Positions 11,001 to 18,923 of a stretch of DNA of 56,658 nucleotides are shown here, piece after piece. A program made the translations under genes and the position numbers. Position 1 is the first letter of the stretch. Each line of letters starts with the position of its first letter. The stretch comes from a virus (lineage: Duplodnaviria > Caudoviricetes), in the IMG/VR virus record IMGVR_UViG_3300009156_000033, positions 1-56,658 of that record; one strand, given 5' to 3'. The notes under the pieces were generated by a model. The model was not told where the DNA came from, ran no database searches, and saw only the letters and a list, made by a program, of their open reading frames with translations.

Positions 11001-13699
11001 TTCTTGGGGATGAGCGTCCCGAACGGCGGCGCGTCGGATCGCGGGACGTAGGGGACTTGGAACTCCGTGCCCGCTACAGCAGGCGGCTTAGGTACGCTTC
11101 CAGGCTGAGCTGCTCCGCCAGCGCCCGCGCCTCCGGTTGGGGCAGCAGCGGGGGGTTGCGCAGGTGGGACCACGCCACCTTCCACTGGTGCAGCGGGCTT
11201 CCCTCCACCGCTGGGTTGAGGAGCAGCAATTTCGGCGTTCGTGGGTTCGTCAGAAGGTCGCTCGGGAGGAAATTGAGCGCTTCCTGGGGCAGGTCGCGGT
11301 CCAGGCGCAGGTTGGCGTGGGCCACCTCCCCCTCCGACGACTCCGCCACCAGCCGCTCCAGCAGGTCGGCTTGCAGGCGCAGGAAGTCCTCCTGCTTGGA
11401 CGGCGGGCGCTGGCCTTGGCGCAGCAGGGTCAGGAAGTCCGGGCTCTCTTGCACCGGGCACCACACTTGATCGGCGTCGGTCAATCTCACTGCGTATCCT
11501 TTCGGCTTCCCGCCAAACGTCGCTCCACGAATCGTAACGCGCAACCTCTTTCGGGGCGAGTTCGCCGCCGATGGGAAGCTGTCGGCGACCTGCGACCACG
11601 ATAACACGGACCGGCCACTTCGCGCCCTGCTTGGCGTAGAGGTCGCCGGCCACCTCGAAGTTGGCGACGACGTTGTAGTGACCGTAAACGTAGTTCTCGA
11701 ACACCCACTGTGCGCCCTTGCCACCCGGGCCTTCTTCGCGGCGAGCGCCCATGATGATGGAGCCAACGCCGTCGTCCTGCAACGCGTCGAGGGCGCGGAG
11801 CGCGATGATGTGTTCGAGGCGCGTGATGCCGTAGCCGCCGAAGTTGACGTTCGGGATCGAGCCGAACGGCGGGTTGAGCTGGACGAACGGGTAAGACGTG
11901 CCGGGCGTGTAGGTAGTGGCGTCGTGCGGCGTGACGGTGCCGACGCCGAAGCGTTGGAGGGACGCTTGGCGCTTCGGGTCGAGTTCGTTGCCGTGGCCGC
12001 CGGCGACGTTCGAGCCGATGAGCAACATGCCATTGCCGGCGGTGGCGTCGTAAACCGGCGCGTCAGGCGTGATGCCGGCGGCGTAGGAGAGCGCGTAACT
12101 AAGCGGCGCAGGCGTCGAGTAGGCTTGGAGTTCGACGCTGGTGCTGGTGCGGGCGCTGAGCGTCGGCTGACGATTGTAGAGGTCGATGAGCTGCGTGAAC
12201 TTGCCGAGCGGGGCGAGTGCCGGGTTGACGGCGATGGCGTGGGCTTGGGCGACGACCTCGGACTCGACGGCCTCCTGCACGTCCTTGATAGGGCGGCCCT
12301 GGTCGGCGGCCAGCTTGCGCAGGGCGGCGGACTTGGCCTGCGGAGTGTCGGCGGAGGCGATGATGTCGGCGATGGGCGACTGTGCGGCGGGCGGCACTGA
12401 AGCGGGTGCCGCCGGAGCGGTTGGCGGATCGTGCCGATACATCGGCTTGCCCGACAGTGGGTCGTCGCGATAATGCTTGAATCCAAGGCGCTCGTAGAAG
12501 CGGTTCAGCGCGGGCTGCATCGCAGGCGACTCCGCAACAGCGGTCAGGAACACAGGCTTACCGGCAGCGTTCGCCTGTTCGATTACTTCGCGCATCTTAG
12601 CCGTGCCAATACCACGACCTCGCGCTTCTGGCGGCACACTCAAGCCAGACACCTTGAAACCGTCGGGGTGCTCGGTGACGACGATGCGAGCTTCGGGCGC
12701 AGGCGCAGCGGGCGGCGCCGGCGCGGGCGCGCCGGGTTGCTCGACGGGCGGCGCGGGCACAGGAGCAGGCGGCACAGGCGCGGGCGGGGCGGACAAGAGC
12801 GCCGTTGGCCCTCGCGGCGCAGGCGGACGCGGTCTCGGGCGAGGTTCAAGCACGGTTGGCTCGGGCGACGGCGGTGTTGGGCCACGGTCCGTCAACTGCG
12901 CCGGTGGCTCAGGCGTGATGTCGCGGGCGGCGTTGAAGCGGGCTTCGGCACGTGCGGCGACCGACTCGCGCCACGCGTCTAACAGGCTCGGCACGCGCCC
13001 AGTAGCCCGCGCGGTTCCCGCGAGCACGCCGCCGGTCTGCAAAGCATCACCAACCGCGTTGTAGTACGCCAGCGGGTCGGGTTCGCTACCAAAGCGGGAA
13101 TGCTTTACCACGTTCTCAACAACATCAGGCACCTGCGGCAGCGTCGTGGCGAAGATAGCAGGCAGCGCAACTTCCGGCGCTACCGTAGCCGCCCCCGCAA
13201 TCGCCGCACCCGCAGGCGACGTGAGCGCATTAACGCCGCGCACCGCACTTTCTCGCAATCCGATGCTGACCGGCGCCTGCGCACGCTGGACGCTCTCAAG
13301 CAAACGTGGGCGCGCGGCGTTGGCTTCCCACTGTGCTAATTGCTCCGGCGTCATGTCGTTCGTGACGGTGGGTGGACCCAACGGTCCAAGGGCGAACAAG
13401 CGATTGAAGCGATCAAGCAAACCGGGACCGGGCGGCGGACCGCCAGAGAGCTGCTCGGCGGTGATGGGCGGGAGCGGTGGCAGACCCGGCTCCTCGGCAA
13501 CGGTGGTACCAGGCAGCGGTAGCGCCGGGTGCGACACGTACTCGTCTTGGTACCGGGCGGGGACGTCGGCAACGGAGCGCGAAGGGCGTGGGGACGGTAG
13601 CGGAATCAGCGGTTCGACCGCCGACCGCATCTCGGCTTCGGTCGCGTCATCGGGGAACTCGACGGGGCCGACGCCGTCCACTTGGATGAGCTTGGGCAT
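5030..13699 (-). CDS. Giant polyvalent (DarB-like) virion/ejection protein: GNAT + N6-adenine MTase + Strawberry-notch SF2 helicase + C-terminal helical domain
   Basis: Start MPKLIQVDGVGPVEFPDDATEAEM right after the upstream stop (2889 aa). GNAT: VPPEARGRGIG...FYERLGF. MTase: YSTPAPL, DATAGNG, NPPF. Helicase: GDETGIGKGRQ, ATYSQ, LDEAH, SATFAKRP, ELTGR, GSTGLSAHA, QTLGRIKRTG. Confidence 0.85.
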   Translation of the reverse strand: MPKLIQVDGVGPVEFPDDATEAEMRSAVEPLIPLPSPRPSRSVADVPARYQDEYVSHPALPLPGTTVAEEPGLPPLPPITAEQLSGGPPPGPGLLDRFNRLFALGPLGPPTVTNDMTPEQLAQWEANAARPRLLESVQRAQAPVSIGLRESAVRGVNALTSPAGAAIAGAATVAPEVALPAIFATTLPQVPDVVENVVKHSRFGSEPDPLAYYNAVGDALQTGGVLAGTARATGRVPSLLDAWRESVAARAEARFNAARDITPEPPAQLTDRGPTPPSPEPTVLEPRPRPRPPAPRGPTALLSAPPAPVPPAPVPAPPVEQPGAPAPAPPAAPAPEARIVVTEHPDGFKVSGLSVPPEARGRGIGTAKMREVIEQANAAGKPVFLTAVAESPAMQPALNRFYERLGFKHYRDDPLSGKPMYRHDPPTAPAAPASVPPAAQSPIADIIASADTPQAKSAALRKLAADQGRPIKDVQEAVESEVVAQAHAIAVNPALAPLGKFTQLIDLYNRQPTLSARTSTSVELQAYSTPAPLSYALSYAAGITPDAPVYDATAGNGMLLIGSNVAGGHGNELDPKRQASLQRFGVGTVTPHDATTYTPGTSYPFVQLNPPFGSIPNVNFGGYGITRLEHIIALRALDALQDDGVGSIIMGARREEGPGGKGAQWVFENYVYGHYNVVANFEVAGDLYAKQGAKWPVRVIVVAGRRQLPIGGELAPKEVARYDSWSDVWREAERIRSEIDRRRSSVVPGAREPGLPDPAAPRPAPAVQAGGLPAPASRPAGAAGGGVVGGGGGPRQPAPGPRPAPGSAQFPPERPSDEPTNAEIAAPQPSGGGKPAAPVEGGVVPPAQPPAAAPTGGAGAGGAAQPGSVPKPPAVAGTEFQVPYVPRSDAPPFGTLIPKNIAGGVHAALDKLVARVGPIDEFVADRLNMEVDELRNVMAAEQIDGVALAIDQIETGGEALIIGDETGIGKGRQGAALIRYAILNGKVPVFFTKDPKLFTDMYGDLLDIHTEVRPLIFGDPGKASIVDAQGRVVHRAPGPGVQARAMQEVTERGLAAAGYNAIFATYSQVNMRNARQEFLERIAEANPTIVILDEAHEAAGNATDSMQAAFISGGQVQRGSGANRTTIAVPGLLRRAGTLPGQGGVLYMSATFAKRPENMPVYFRTALGRSAQSFAQVVDAMKRGGVALQQAVSEALAKAGQYIRRERDFTGVSFEVKQPPIADPAKLVEDIDAVTDVLGEIVRFSAAMKTRVQGSTAQTQTQIDMTDFASVVHNQISQLLLAAKADHIVADAIAAVKKGEKPLVSVSNTMESFLDHYVADNGIRPGQEIKLRWNELLKFALERTLRVTEKLPNGDTRIYKVDPDEFGLGDYYRQIQSLADAVESRFPISPIDYIVQKLAKAGVRMSELTGRTSGIEYRNFETGEGIYRVFPRANKNRVVNGFNNGDVEGMLLNASGSTGLSAHASVKFRDKRPRHMQIGQAAADINVFVQTLGRIKRTGMVSEGTNPDGSKYGAKYTYMVLPLQAELRPAAMASRKMKSLNANTTAEAAGTVKIDAEDIYNRYGDLVVSEYLGANPEVQRLLGLGIDYNPDGSIEVKQDIARKFTGRQALLPDADQAAAYAEILPAYRQLIEQLKSTGDYDLEIVVHDDWNAQLRSDEELAAGTDPSNIFTAGLRVQQWEIADNRHVPTGAEIEADFKRRLGSKAKVNEDWRKFVERTEASFDKREADLADKLSKATDADRTKLELQRMSLREMRARWHGTQDRLADILSRTGDVVELSNTETGDSYEGMLTDVTFPKGMNVAPSAFRLRFGVNAPEGTIHLTGADLAHGKWALDYSDKGPADLTAGRAGQRANRYFVTGNPIQGFTATGGQGKMVRFKSQSGDVVTGLLMPRNWTPANLAHDPRFDLVSGRAVASFLASHGSDYVVEAKGIHRMGRGQQGYIISVPAARSTGGRVFLDRDLRNIVGEFVKTGNRMVARFDASQVQAAAERMQELLQARFRAVPRRGVSDPNTVQKVSDANQGATGGGPSGVRSFFSRRSEAQGLGEQSEMPTVEDVRRQRRLNREGTPVPPSPDVPTPPPGGPPEADVELGGEADIVDAIRRQDVMPGRDWIASPEFEFRNDPVAGPLVTRLVEAELAYQGQVTRDTDHFRTLRRGLNREARVRITTALRANMAGDDSALNALPEHERAVAQEIRRYFDEVRRAIIDAKQRDLIESLPEARAAAVHDILGGMDEADAFRAHRLRGPGQDAVRQALRELEELEHWGIDDYITNIERGSYRVVTPDGTTVAIAETRVAAKEKALRYARENPSVTRLTITDEFASSAAFPTKLTRGQYFRMAQRAAAALGTDVREIQRMLRAEGSPVVVIKPASKFAGPMQHRRNILKGEDDIFDALPAYAYSVRKKLALDPVLKQARIDLANLAPNTQKQVEALIDDVRGRYSLSDQIADYILAPFGTKPFAFSRGVGNVRTIIAMLKLGWRPTTALINRLGGIQHTWTKTGARYWIAGKRFAHSPEFRDIWHRNADLVGATAQAFLEAGHSEVPWYHPLAMFQFAERLNRPEAFAAFYRYAEGELALRGEEAEAFARNAVRAGQFTYTLASLPRILRTPPGRLIGQFKAYLVKEMEFVASLRGTEWVRYLTAFLAMGGPRAFIYFLRSLPFLGAIGALWALEDWLNRKAPRASRGLPGYAGVDVGPAVTPQLPKTASDWMGPALSDAWKLWDTVIGPAMQGEDRDLNDVAKWGAKLAPTAAYWGKMLEAIGNREGWMTDDQGRPLYKPTAADKAKLALGAKPLAMAVGEVDRAFLSRVNEIAKKNRTRLVNQILDALEKGDGVTLDKLMQDAAQYGIDSDTIKNAAKQRIREPDERLRRRLLKSVRVQEAERLSQPPAP

Positions 13700-13700
13700 G

Positions 13701-14516
13701 TCATTTGGCCGACGGCGTCCACTTGAGGTTGCCGTCCGCGTCGCGGCTGAAGCGACCGACGATGGCGTTGGTGTTCGCGGGCGCGTTCGTCGAGACGGTC
13801 GGCGCAGGCACCAAGGCGCGGTCGCCCATGAGCGTGCTGCGACCACGCCGCACTGCTTCGAGCTGCTGGAGCAGTTCACCGTAACGGGCGTGCTTCGGAT
13901 GGTTCGGGTTGCGGGCAGCGGCGAGCATGTCGATGCTGTCGAGTTCGGCAAGGATGCCCCGCTCCATCGCATTGTAGCCCGGCATACGCTGTGCCTCGGT
14001 GAGCGGCTTCTCGACGTAGTCGGGGATGTAGTGCTGCGTCTTGGGGCCGGAGCGCCCGAACAGGCCGACGCGCTGCTTGGTCGCCGGGTCGATGGCTTCG
14101 ACGAGGGTCGTGTCCAAAGCTGACATGGGCGCCGCGAACTCCTTCTCGGCGAGCGCCGCGCGGCGGTTCTCAACGGCGATTCGCGCCTTGTCGTAATCGA
14201 GCAGGCGCGACTCCTGCGCCGTTTGGTTGGCTTCCTGCGCCGTCTGATGCGCGACCTGCTGCTGGAACTGGGCGGCCTGCTGCCCGAGCCGCTGAAGGTC
14301 GAGCAAGCGCGACTGCTCAAACTGGCGCTGGCGCTCCGCCTGCTCAGCTTCGCGTTGCGCCAACTGCGCCTGTCGCTCGAACCGGGCTTCGGCGAGTGCT
14401 GCGGCGCGCTGGTTCTGGTCGGCGACGGCGATACCAGCGCGTGCGCCCGCTTCGAGCGCCTGCGTGAAGAACGCCGGACTCACGTTGAGCCAAGGAGGGA
14501 TGTCGCCAAGGGCCAT
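13701..14516 (-). CDS. Putative internal virion/ejection protein
   Basis: Gln/Ala-rich coiled coil, directly upstream of the giant protein. Confidence 0.55.
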   Translation of the reverse strand: MALGDIPPWLNVSPAFFTQALEAGARAGIAVADQNQRAAALAEARFERQAQLAQREAEQAERQRQFEQSRLLDLQRLGQQAAQFQQQVAHQTAQEANQTAQESRLLDYDKARIAVENRRAALAEKEFAAPMSALDTTLVEAIDPATKQRVGLFGRSGPKTQHYIPDYVEKPLTEAQRMPGYNAMERGILAELDSIDMLAAARNPNHPKHARYGELLQQLEAVRRGRSTLMGDRALVPAPTVSTNAPANTNAIVGRFSRDADGNLKWTPSAK

Positions 14517-14519
14517 GCG

Positions 14520-15422
14520 TCAAAAGTCCCATTCGGGGAAGTCGGGGTACTGCGGCGGTGCGTCGTTAAACCCAACGCCTGCGCCGACACCTCCAACGGT
14601 GCCCGCGCCAGGGTTCCAGTCGAACCAGTCGTTCCAGTAGTCGGTCTCGATCTGGCCGGCGCCGCCCAAGAGCGGGCCTTGATCGCCCCACAACCCAAGC
14701 TCCGGGCCTTGCGGCGACCACAGATCGCGAGGGCTGGCTCCGGGCGTCGTGCCCCACGTGATGTTGTTGCCCGTAAACGGCGGGACGTAAGGCTGACCGC
14801 CCCGCACGGCCTCGGGCTGGAACGGCGCCCAAGGCGAGTCGAACAAGCCGGTGCCCGGCGCGTTGAAGTTGCGCGGCGCACCTCCGCCGCCGCCCCCGCC
14901 AAACTGCATCCCGCCGCCGGTGCGCCCCGACAACCGCGCCATGTAAAGGTCGAACAAGCGTTGGGCTTCGCGTGCCGCGAGCGTCGGGTCAGGCGCTGCG
15001 CCAAGGGTCGCGTTGCGGTTGGCCACTTCGAGCTGCGTCTCGGGCTGCACCGTCAACGTGCGCGACAGGGTCGGCAAGGCGCTCAGGAGCGTGCTCGCGC
15101 CCTGCCTGCGCTGTGCTTCGGCGGTGAGACCGAGCTGGCGCAAGCCCTGCGCCCCGCTGAACGGCGACAGCGGCACGCCATGCCCGATGCCGAACTGCGC
15201 CGCCGTGTTCTGGAGCATCGCGATAGTTTGCGGGTCGAGTTCGCCCGCGAGGTCGCTCGCGATGTTCTGCGACAACGCGCCGACGTTGCCGCTCAAGCCC
15301 GGGAACACGCCTGCGACGTCGTTGTACACGGGAGGCAGGCCAATCGCGCCGGGCACAAGGCCGTAGATGCCCTGTCCGGTGCGCCCGGGCGCGTTCAGGT
15401 TGAAAGGTGGCGTGGTTGGCAT
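14520..15422 (-). CDS. Putative internal virion/ejection protein
   Basis: Gly/Ala/Gln-rich; position between the tail genes and the giant protein. Confidence 0.5.
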   Translation of the reverse strand: MPTTPPFNLNAPGRTGQGIYGLVPGAIGLPPVYNDVAGVFPGLSGNVGALSQNIASDLAGELDPQTIAMLQNTAAQFGIGHGVPLSPFSGAQGLRQLGLTAEAQRRQGASTLLSALPTLSRTLTVQPETQLEVANRNATLGAAPDPTLAAREAQRLFDLYMARLSGRTGGGMQFGGGGGGGAPRNFNAPGTGLFDSPWAPFQPEAVRGGQPYVPPFTGNNITWGTTPGASPRDLWSPQGPELGLWGDQGPLLGGAGQIETDYWNDWFDWNPGAGTVGGVGAGVGFNDAPPQYPDFPEWDF

Positions 15423-15427
15423 AGGCG

Positions 15428-16429
15428 TTAGACGACGCAGCCGACGCCGAGGCGACGTGGGGTCGCGGTGCCGAACGGCTCGATGCTCACCGGGATGAGG
15501 TCCTCGGGCAGGTGCAGGCGCAGTTCGCGGTTGAGCTCGCGCACGGCCTTGGCCTGGAGCACCTCGGCGTTGGTGTCGTCGCCTGCGTCCTCGGCGCGTA
15601 TGGCGAGCATCATTTGCTTGAGCGCGACCCAGTTGTCGATGAGCACCTCGTCCTCGTCGAGTTCGACGGCGACGAAGCGGAGCTTGACGAGCGCCTCGAC
15701 GCTGGTGAGGCCATTGCAGGCGCCGGCGGTCCGCATCCCGCGCAGCCCCTTGATGGTCGAGTGCAGGAAGGACGGCGACCGCTCGCTCGGCTGATAGTAG
15801 GCCATGTCCTCCATGACGTCGTTGGTCGCGTCGTAGGCATAGAGGCGCACCGGACCCATCGTGGCGTCCTTGAGAACGCGCGTTACCTCGCGGACGAGGA
15901 ACGGCGTGCCGACGTAGGGCTTAGCGAGCGTGAGCACGACGCCGGGGAGCCACGTGCCGTCGCTGCGCTTGGTGAAGATTTCCTGCCCGTTGGCGTCGAT
16001 GCCGAAAATGGTGACGGTCTTGCCCACGTCGGCGTTGTAGGCGAGGAAGGCGCGAATGTAGCGCGGCTCGCCGCACTTGAGGTTCGCCTGCACAGGTACT
16101 TGGCCGTCGTGAACGATCATAACATTGCCGCAACGCGACGCCGCACATCGGTAATCAGGCCCGCTCATAGGTAGCCACTGCGCCCAGTACCCAGTGTTGA
16201 CGATTTGGCGACCGCAGAAGTTCGTTGCGAGCACCTGCTCCACCGCACGCTGCCACACGATCGAGCTACACCGGACACAGGTACGCAGCTTCTTAACCGT
16301 GTTCCAAAAGCCGCCGCGAACCATCAGCCGCTCCGTCGCCTCGTTCACCAGCGCGAGGAACTCGGGCTTATCGACGCAGACGCCGACGACCTCGTTGGCG
16401 CGCTTCAATTTCAACTCGCCCAGTGTCAT
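15428..16429 (-). CDS. Putative head-tail adaptor / tail tubular protein
   Basis: MTLGELK...LVNEATERL N-terminus typical of adaptor proteins; ATGA overlap with the upstream gene. Confidence 0.5.
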   Translation of the reverse strand: MTLGELKLKRANEVVGVCVDKPEFLALVNEATERLMVRGGFWNTVKKLRTCVRCSSIVWQRAVEQVLATNFCGRQIVNTGYWAQWLPMSGPDYRCAASRCGNVMIVHDGQVPVQANLKCGEPRYIRAFLAYNADVGKTVTIFGIDANGQEIFTKRSDGTWLPGVVLTLAKPYVGTPFLVREVTRVLKDATMGPVRLYAYDATNDVMEDMAYYQPSERSPSFLHSTIKGLRGMRTAGACNGLTSVEALVKLRFVAVELDEDEVLIDNWVALKQMMLAIRAEDAGDDTNAEVLQAKAVRELNRELRLHLPEDLIPVSIEPFGTATPRRLGVGCVV

Positions 16430-16977
16430 ACGGCAACGTCCCAAATGCGAGCCGTAGGTTTCACGATATACACGCCGATTGCGTCAGGCGCACCAGGCAC
16501 GGCGTCGTCGAACACGGACAGCGTGCCGAGTGGTGCGGCGATGGTCGTTCCGACGCCCAGCGGCCACTTGTCGCTGAAGGCGGTGTCGCGCTCCCAGAAC
16601 GGGCCTGTGGATTGCGAGACGGTGCCCGCTTCACCGCCGTCGTAGGTTTCGAGCTGGGTGAGCGTGCCGACGAAGATGCGGCGTTCGTAGGTCGGCGTGC
16701 CGTTCGGCCAGTGTTCCTTCGTCCATTGGCCCACGACGATGTTCCACTCGAAGTAACCGAGCGACTGTCCGGTGGACGCGTCGGTCTTGTTCCACGTCAT
16801 CGTGCGCTGCTCGACGGTGGGTTGGTTCGGCGACTTGATCGTGAGCGAGAACTCACCGGGGAAGAACACTTCGAGCGCGGCGGCGATGTCGTCGGCGAAC
16901 TGCTGCTGTGACGCGGGGCAGTAGCCCGGAGGGAACGGCGATACCTCGGTGCGCAGGATGATGTCGTCTGTGGCCAC
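16426..16977 (-). CDS. Virion structural protein (putative)
   Basis: GTG start 7 nt after TTGCTG-17-GACAAG; lies in the tail module. Confidence 0.55.
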   Translation of the reverse strand: MATDDIILRTEVSPFPPGYCPASQQQFADDIAAALEVFFPGEFSLTIKSPNQPTVEQRTMTWNKTDASTGQSLGYFEWNIVVGQWTKEHWPNGTPTYERRIFVGTLTQLETYDGGEAGTVSQSTGPFWERDTAFSDKWPLGVGTTIAAPLGTLSVFDDAVPGAPDAIGVYIVKPTARIWDVAV

Positions 16978-17021
16978 GTAAGCACTTGTCGCACCGTCGC
17001 ACCGCGACAGCAAGCGCTAAC

Positions 17022-17251
17022 TTGACGCGACGTGTCCCCCCGCCGCGAATCTTGTGTCCCGACTTCGTCGGGCCACCGCGCGGCGGAACGAGCACACCGG
17101 ACTCGCGAACTCGCAATGAACCATGAGGCGGTTCGCGCTTGACGGGGTCGCGTGGCGCGTGCGAGAAGGGGGAGCACACCGGACGAAGCACTCAGCAATG
17201 AGGCGCGTTCGCTACGGCGCCGCAGGTTTAGCGATGAGCCTGCGGCGTTTT
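17022..17251 (+). ncRNA. Candidate tandem small RNAs antisense to the structural operon
   Basis: Two units, each after a TTGACG, share GAGCACACCGGAC (17090-17102, 17172-17184) and ATGAGGCG; they end in a plus-strand terminator. Confidence 0.4.
17218..17251 (+). terminator. Rho-independent terminator
   Basis: CGCCGCAGG-loop-CCTGCGGCG followed by TTTTGCTTT. Confidence 0.6.
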
Positions 17252-17254
17252 GCT

Positions 17255-18262
17255 TTAGGGCGGCGTGTACGCCTCAAGCTCGAAGGACGCCGGCCCGATG
17301 CAGGTCGGATCGCTGGACACGTCGAAGGTGTAAACGCCGACGGGCGACGTGCCTTGTGGGCCAGCGGGGCCGTTAGCGAGGTAAACGGACAAGTCGGGGC
17401 ACAGGATGTTGAAGCGCCACTTGGCGAGGCCGACGCTGTATTGGATGCCGGCGCTGTCGCCGTCGTGGTAGCCGACGCAGGGGAGTCCGGGCGGGATGGC
17501 GGCGCTGAACTCGTCGAGGTTGCCGTCCCACACGTAGGTCCAGTCGGCTTGGTTGAAATCTTTGACGCGAAGGCGGCAGTCCATCGGGTCGTTGCACCAA
17601 TCGGCGGTGTCGCAGGAGGTGACTGTGAGGGTGAACAGCTTGACGCAGGTCGTGCTGGTGGACGGGGATGTGGCGCGAACGACGAAGCCGAAGCTGGCGG
17701 AGACGGTGGGCGTGCCGGAGATGACGCCGCCACTGGACAAGTGCAGGCCGTCGGGCAGCGAGCCGGAGATGCGCGTCCAAGTGACGGGAGCGGTTGCGCC
17801 GGTCTGCGTCAGGACGACGGAGTAGGGGACGCCGACGGTGCCTTCGGGCAACGGCGAGGGGTTCGCGATAGTGCAGGCGGGACGACGGGCGTGAAGCTGG
17901 TTGTATTGGTCGCCTATACAACCAGCGAGCTTAACGGCGGCGGCGTCGGCGATGCTCTGCGCTGCGGCGTTGAACTGCGCCTGCGTGAAGCCGTCGGGCA
18001 GGTAGCGGACCTCGATCGAGCCGTCGCAGCAGGTGAACCGGAGCGGGGAGATGCCGGGTGGCGGCGCGAACGGGATCGCGCCCTCGGGCACTACCACCGG
18101 GAAAGGATAGCTGCCTTGGTCACAGGAAAATCCGCTCGGGCACTGTAGCAAGAACCCGGTTTGAGCGCTCAAAAACGTCACGCCTTGTCCATAAAACGGC
18201 GGCGACGGAACCGCACAACAATCTGGAGACGGTTCGCATGTCACAGCTTGGGGCAAGCTCAT
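17255..18262 (-). CDS. Cys-rich virion protein with putative Ig (He_PIG-like) domain
   Basis: LPEGTVGVPYS...WTRISGSLPDGLHLSSGGVISGTPT is the characteristic putative-Ig repeat. Confidence 0.75.
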   Translation of the reverse strand: MSLPQAVTCEPSPDCCAVPSPPFYGQGVTFLSAQTGFLLQCPSGFSCDQGSYPFPVVVPEGAIPFAPPPGISPLRFTCCDGSIEVRYLPDGFTQAQFNAAAQSIADAAAVKLAGCIGDQYNQLHARRPACTIANPSPLPEGTVGVPYSVVLTQTGATAPVTWTRISGSLPDGLHLSSGGVISGTPTVSASFGFVVRATSPSTSTTCVKLFTLTVTSCDTADWCNDPMDCRLRVKDFNQADWTYVWDGNLDEFSAAIPPGLPCVGYHDGDSAGIQYSVGLAKWRFNILCPDLSVYLANGPAGPQGTSPVGVYTFDVSSDPTCIGPASFELEAYTPP

Positions 18263-18789
18263 GGTCGTCTTCTCAATTTACGTTGCGTGCGCTCGCACGA
18301 TTTGCATTCGCTTCGTGCGCCATCCCACACCTGTGGACGCTTATTAAACTCGCTCAACGCCTTCACTATCCCGCAACGACCACAACGACGCAATTGCAAA
18401 GAGCCTGTGTCGCGTAATCGTCGTTGCTTATGATGTAGCAGGACGTGCTCCGCATGGTTTTCGAGGATCACCAAATTGCTCGTCGCGTTGTTGCTTTCGT
18501 CGCCGTCGATGTGATGGACGATGGCTGCGGGCGGGAGCGATCTCCCAAGTACGCGTTCCGCAATCTTACGATGCTCTAAAACGGTCGTCTTCACGCCTGT
18601 GTAAAGCTGCACGTAACCCTCGCTCGTCAATCTACGCCCGCCCTTCCAGTTGACGGTATTAGGGCCGTGTGCCCGCTTCCGATAATTACGGCTTGCGCAG
18701 GCGCGACAACAAAACTTGGGGTTTTCGTGTTGCGACGTGGCTGTCTTACCACAGTTCTCGCATACAAACGGTCGGGGTATCCTCGCCAT
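18259..18789 (-). CDS. HNH homing endonuclease
   Basis: NWKGGR...GYV...EHR...IVHHIDGDESNNATSNL...H; flanking Zn fingers; GGAGG SD; lower GC than neighbours. Confidence 0.9.
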   Translation of the reverse strand: MARIPRPFVCENCGKTATSQHENPKFCCRACASRNYRKRAHGPNTVNWKGGRRLTSEGYVQLYTGVKTTVLEHRKIAERVLGRSLPPAAIVHHIDGDESNNATSNLVILENHAEHVLLHHKQRRLRDTGSLQLRRCGRCGIVKALSEFNKRPQVWDGARSECKSCERTQRKLRRRP

Positions 18790-18893
18790 AGTCGCCTCCA
18801 AAAACCGACCCTCGCAACGCGGGCTTTAGGGGATTCGTGACATCGCCGAAACCGTTGTCGCGAAGGTCGGAAAGTTGGAACGACGATGTCACG
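18790..18893 (-). ncRNA. Pseudoknot or two-state RNA leader of the HNH gene
   Basis: Interleaved helices 18881-18892/18837-18848 (12 bp) and 18857-18870/18805-18818 (14 bp) with G-U pairs on the minus strand; promoter TTGACG-17-TTCGAT immediately upstream. Confidence 0.55.
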
Positions 18894-18923
18894 CAGACAT
18901 CGAACCACGCTGCGAGGCGAACG

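Noticed and set aside
13700-14320. Extension of the giant ORF to 3096 aa
   Set aside because: It overlaps the real gene 13701-14516 in another frame and is Arg/Ser-rich; ATG 13699 follows that gene's stop directly.
17090-17205. CRISPR mini-array
   Set aside because: Only two 13-bp copies with partly homologous sequence between them and no cas operon; the PD-(D/E)XK gene sits in a Sak4 recombination module.
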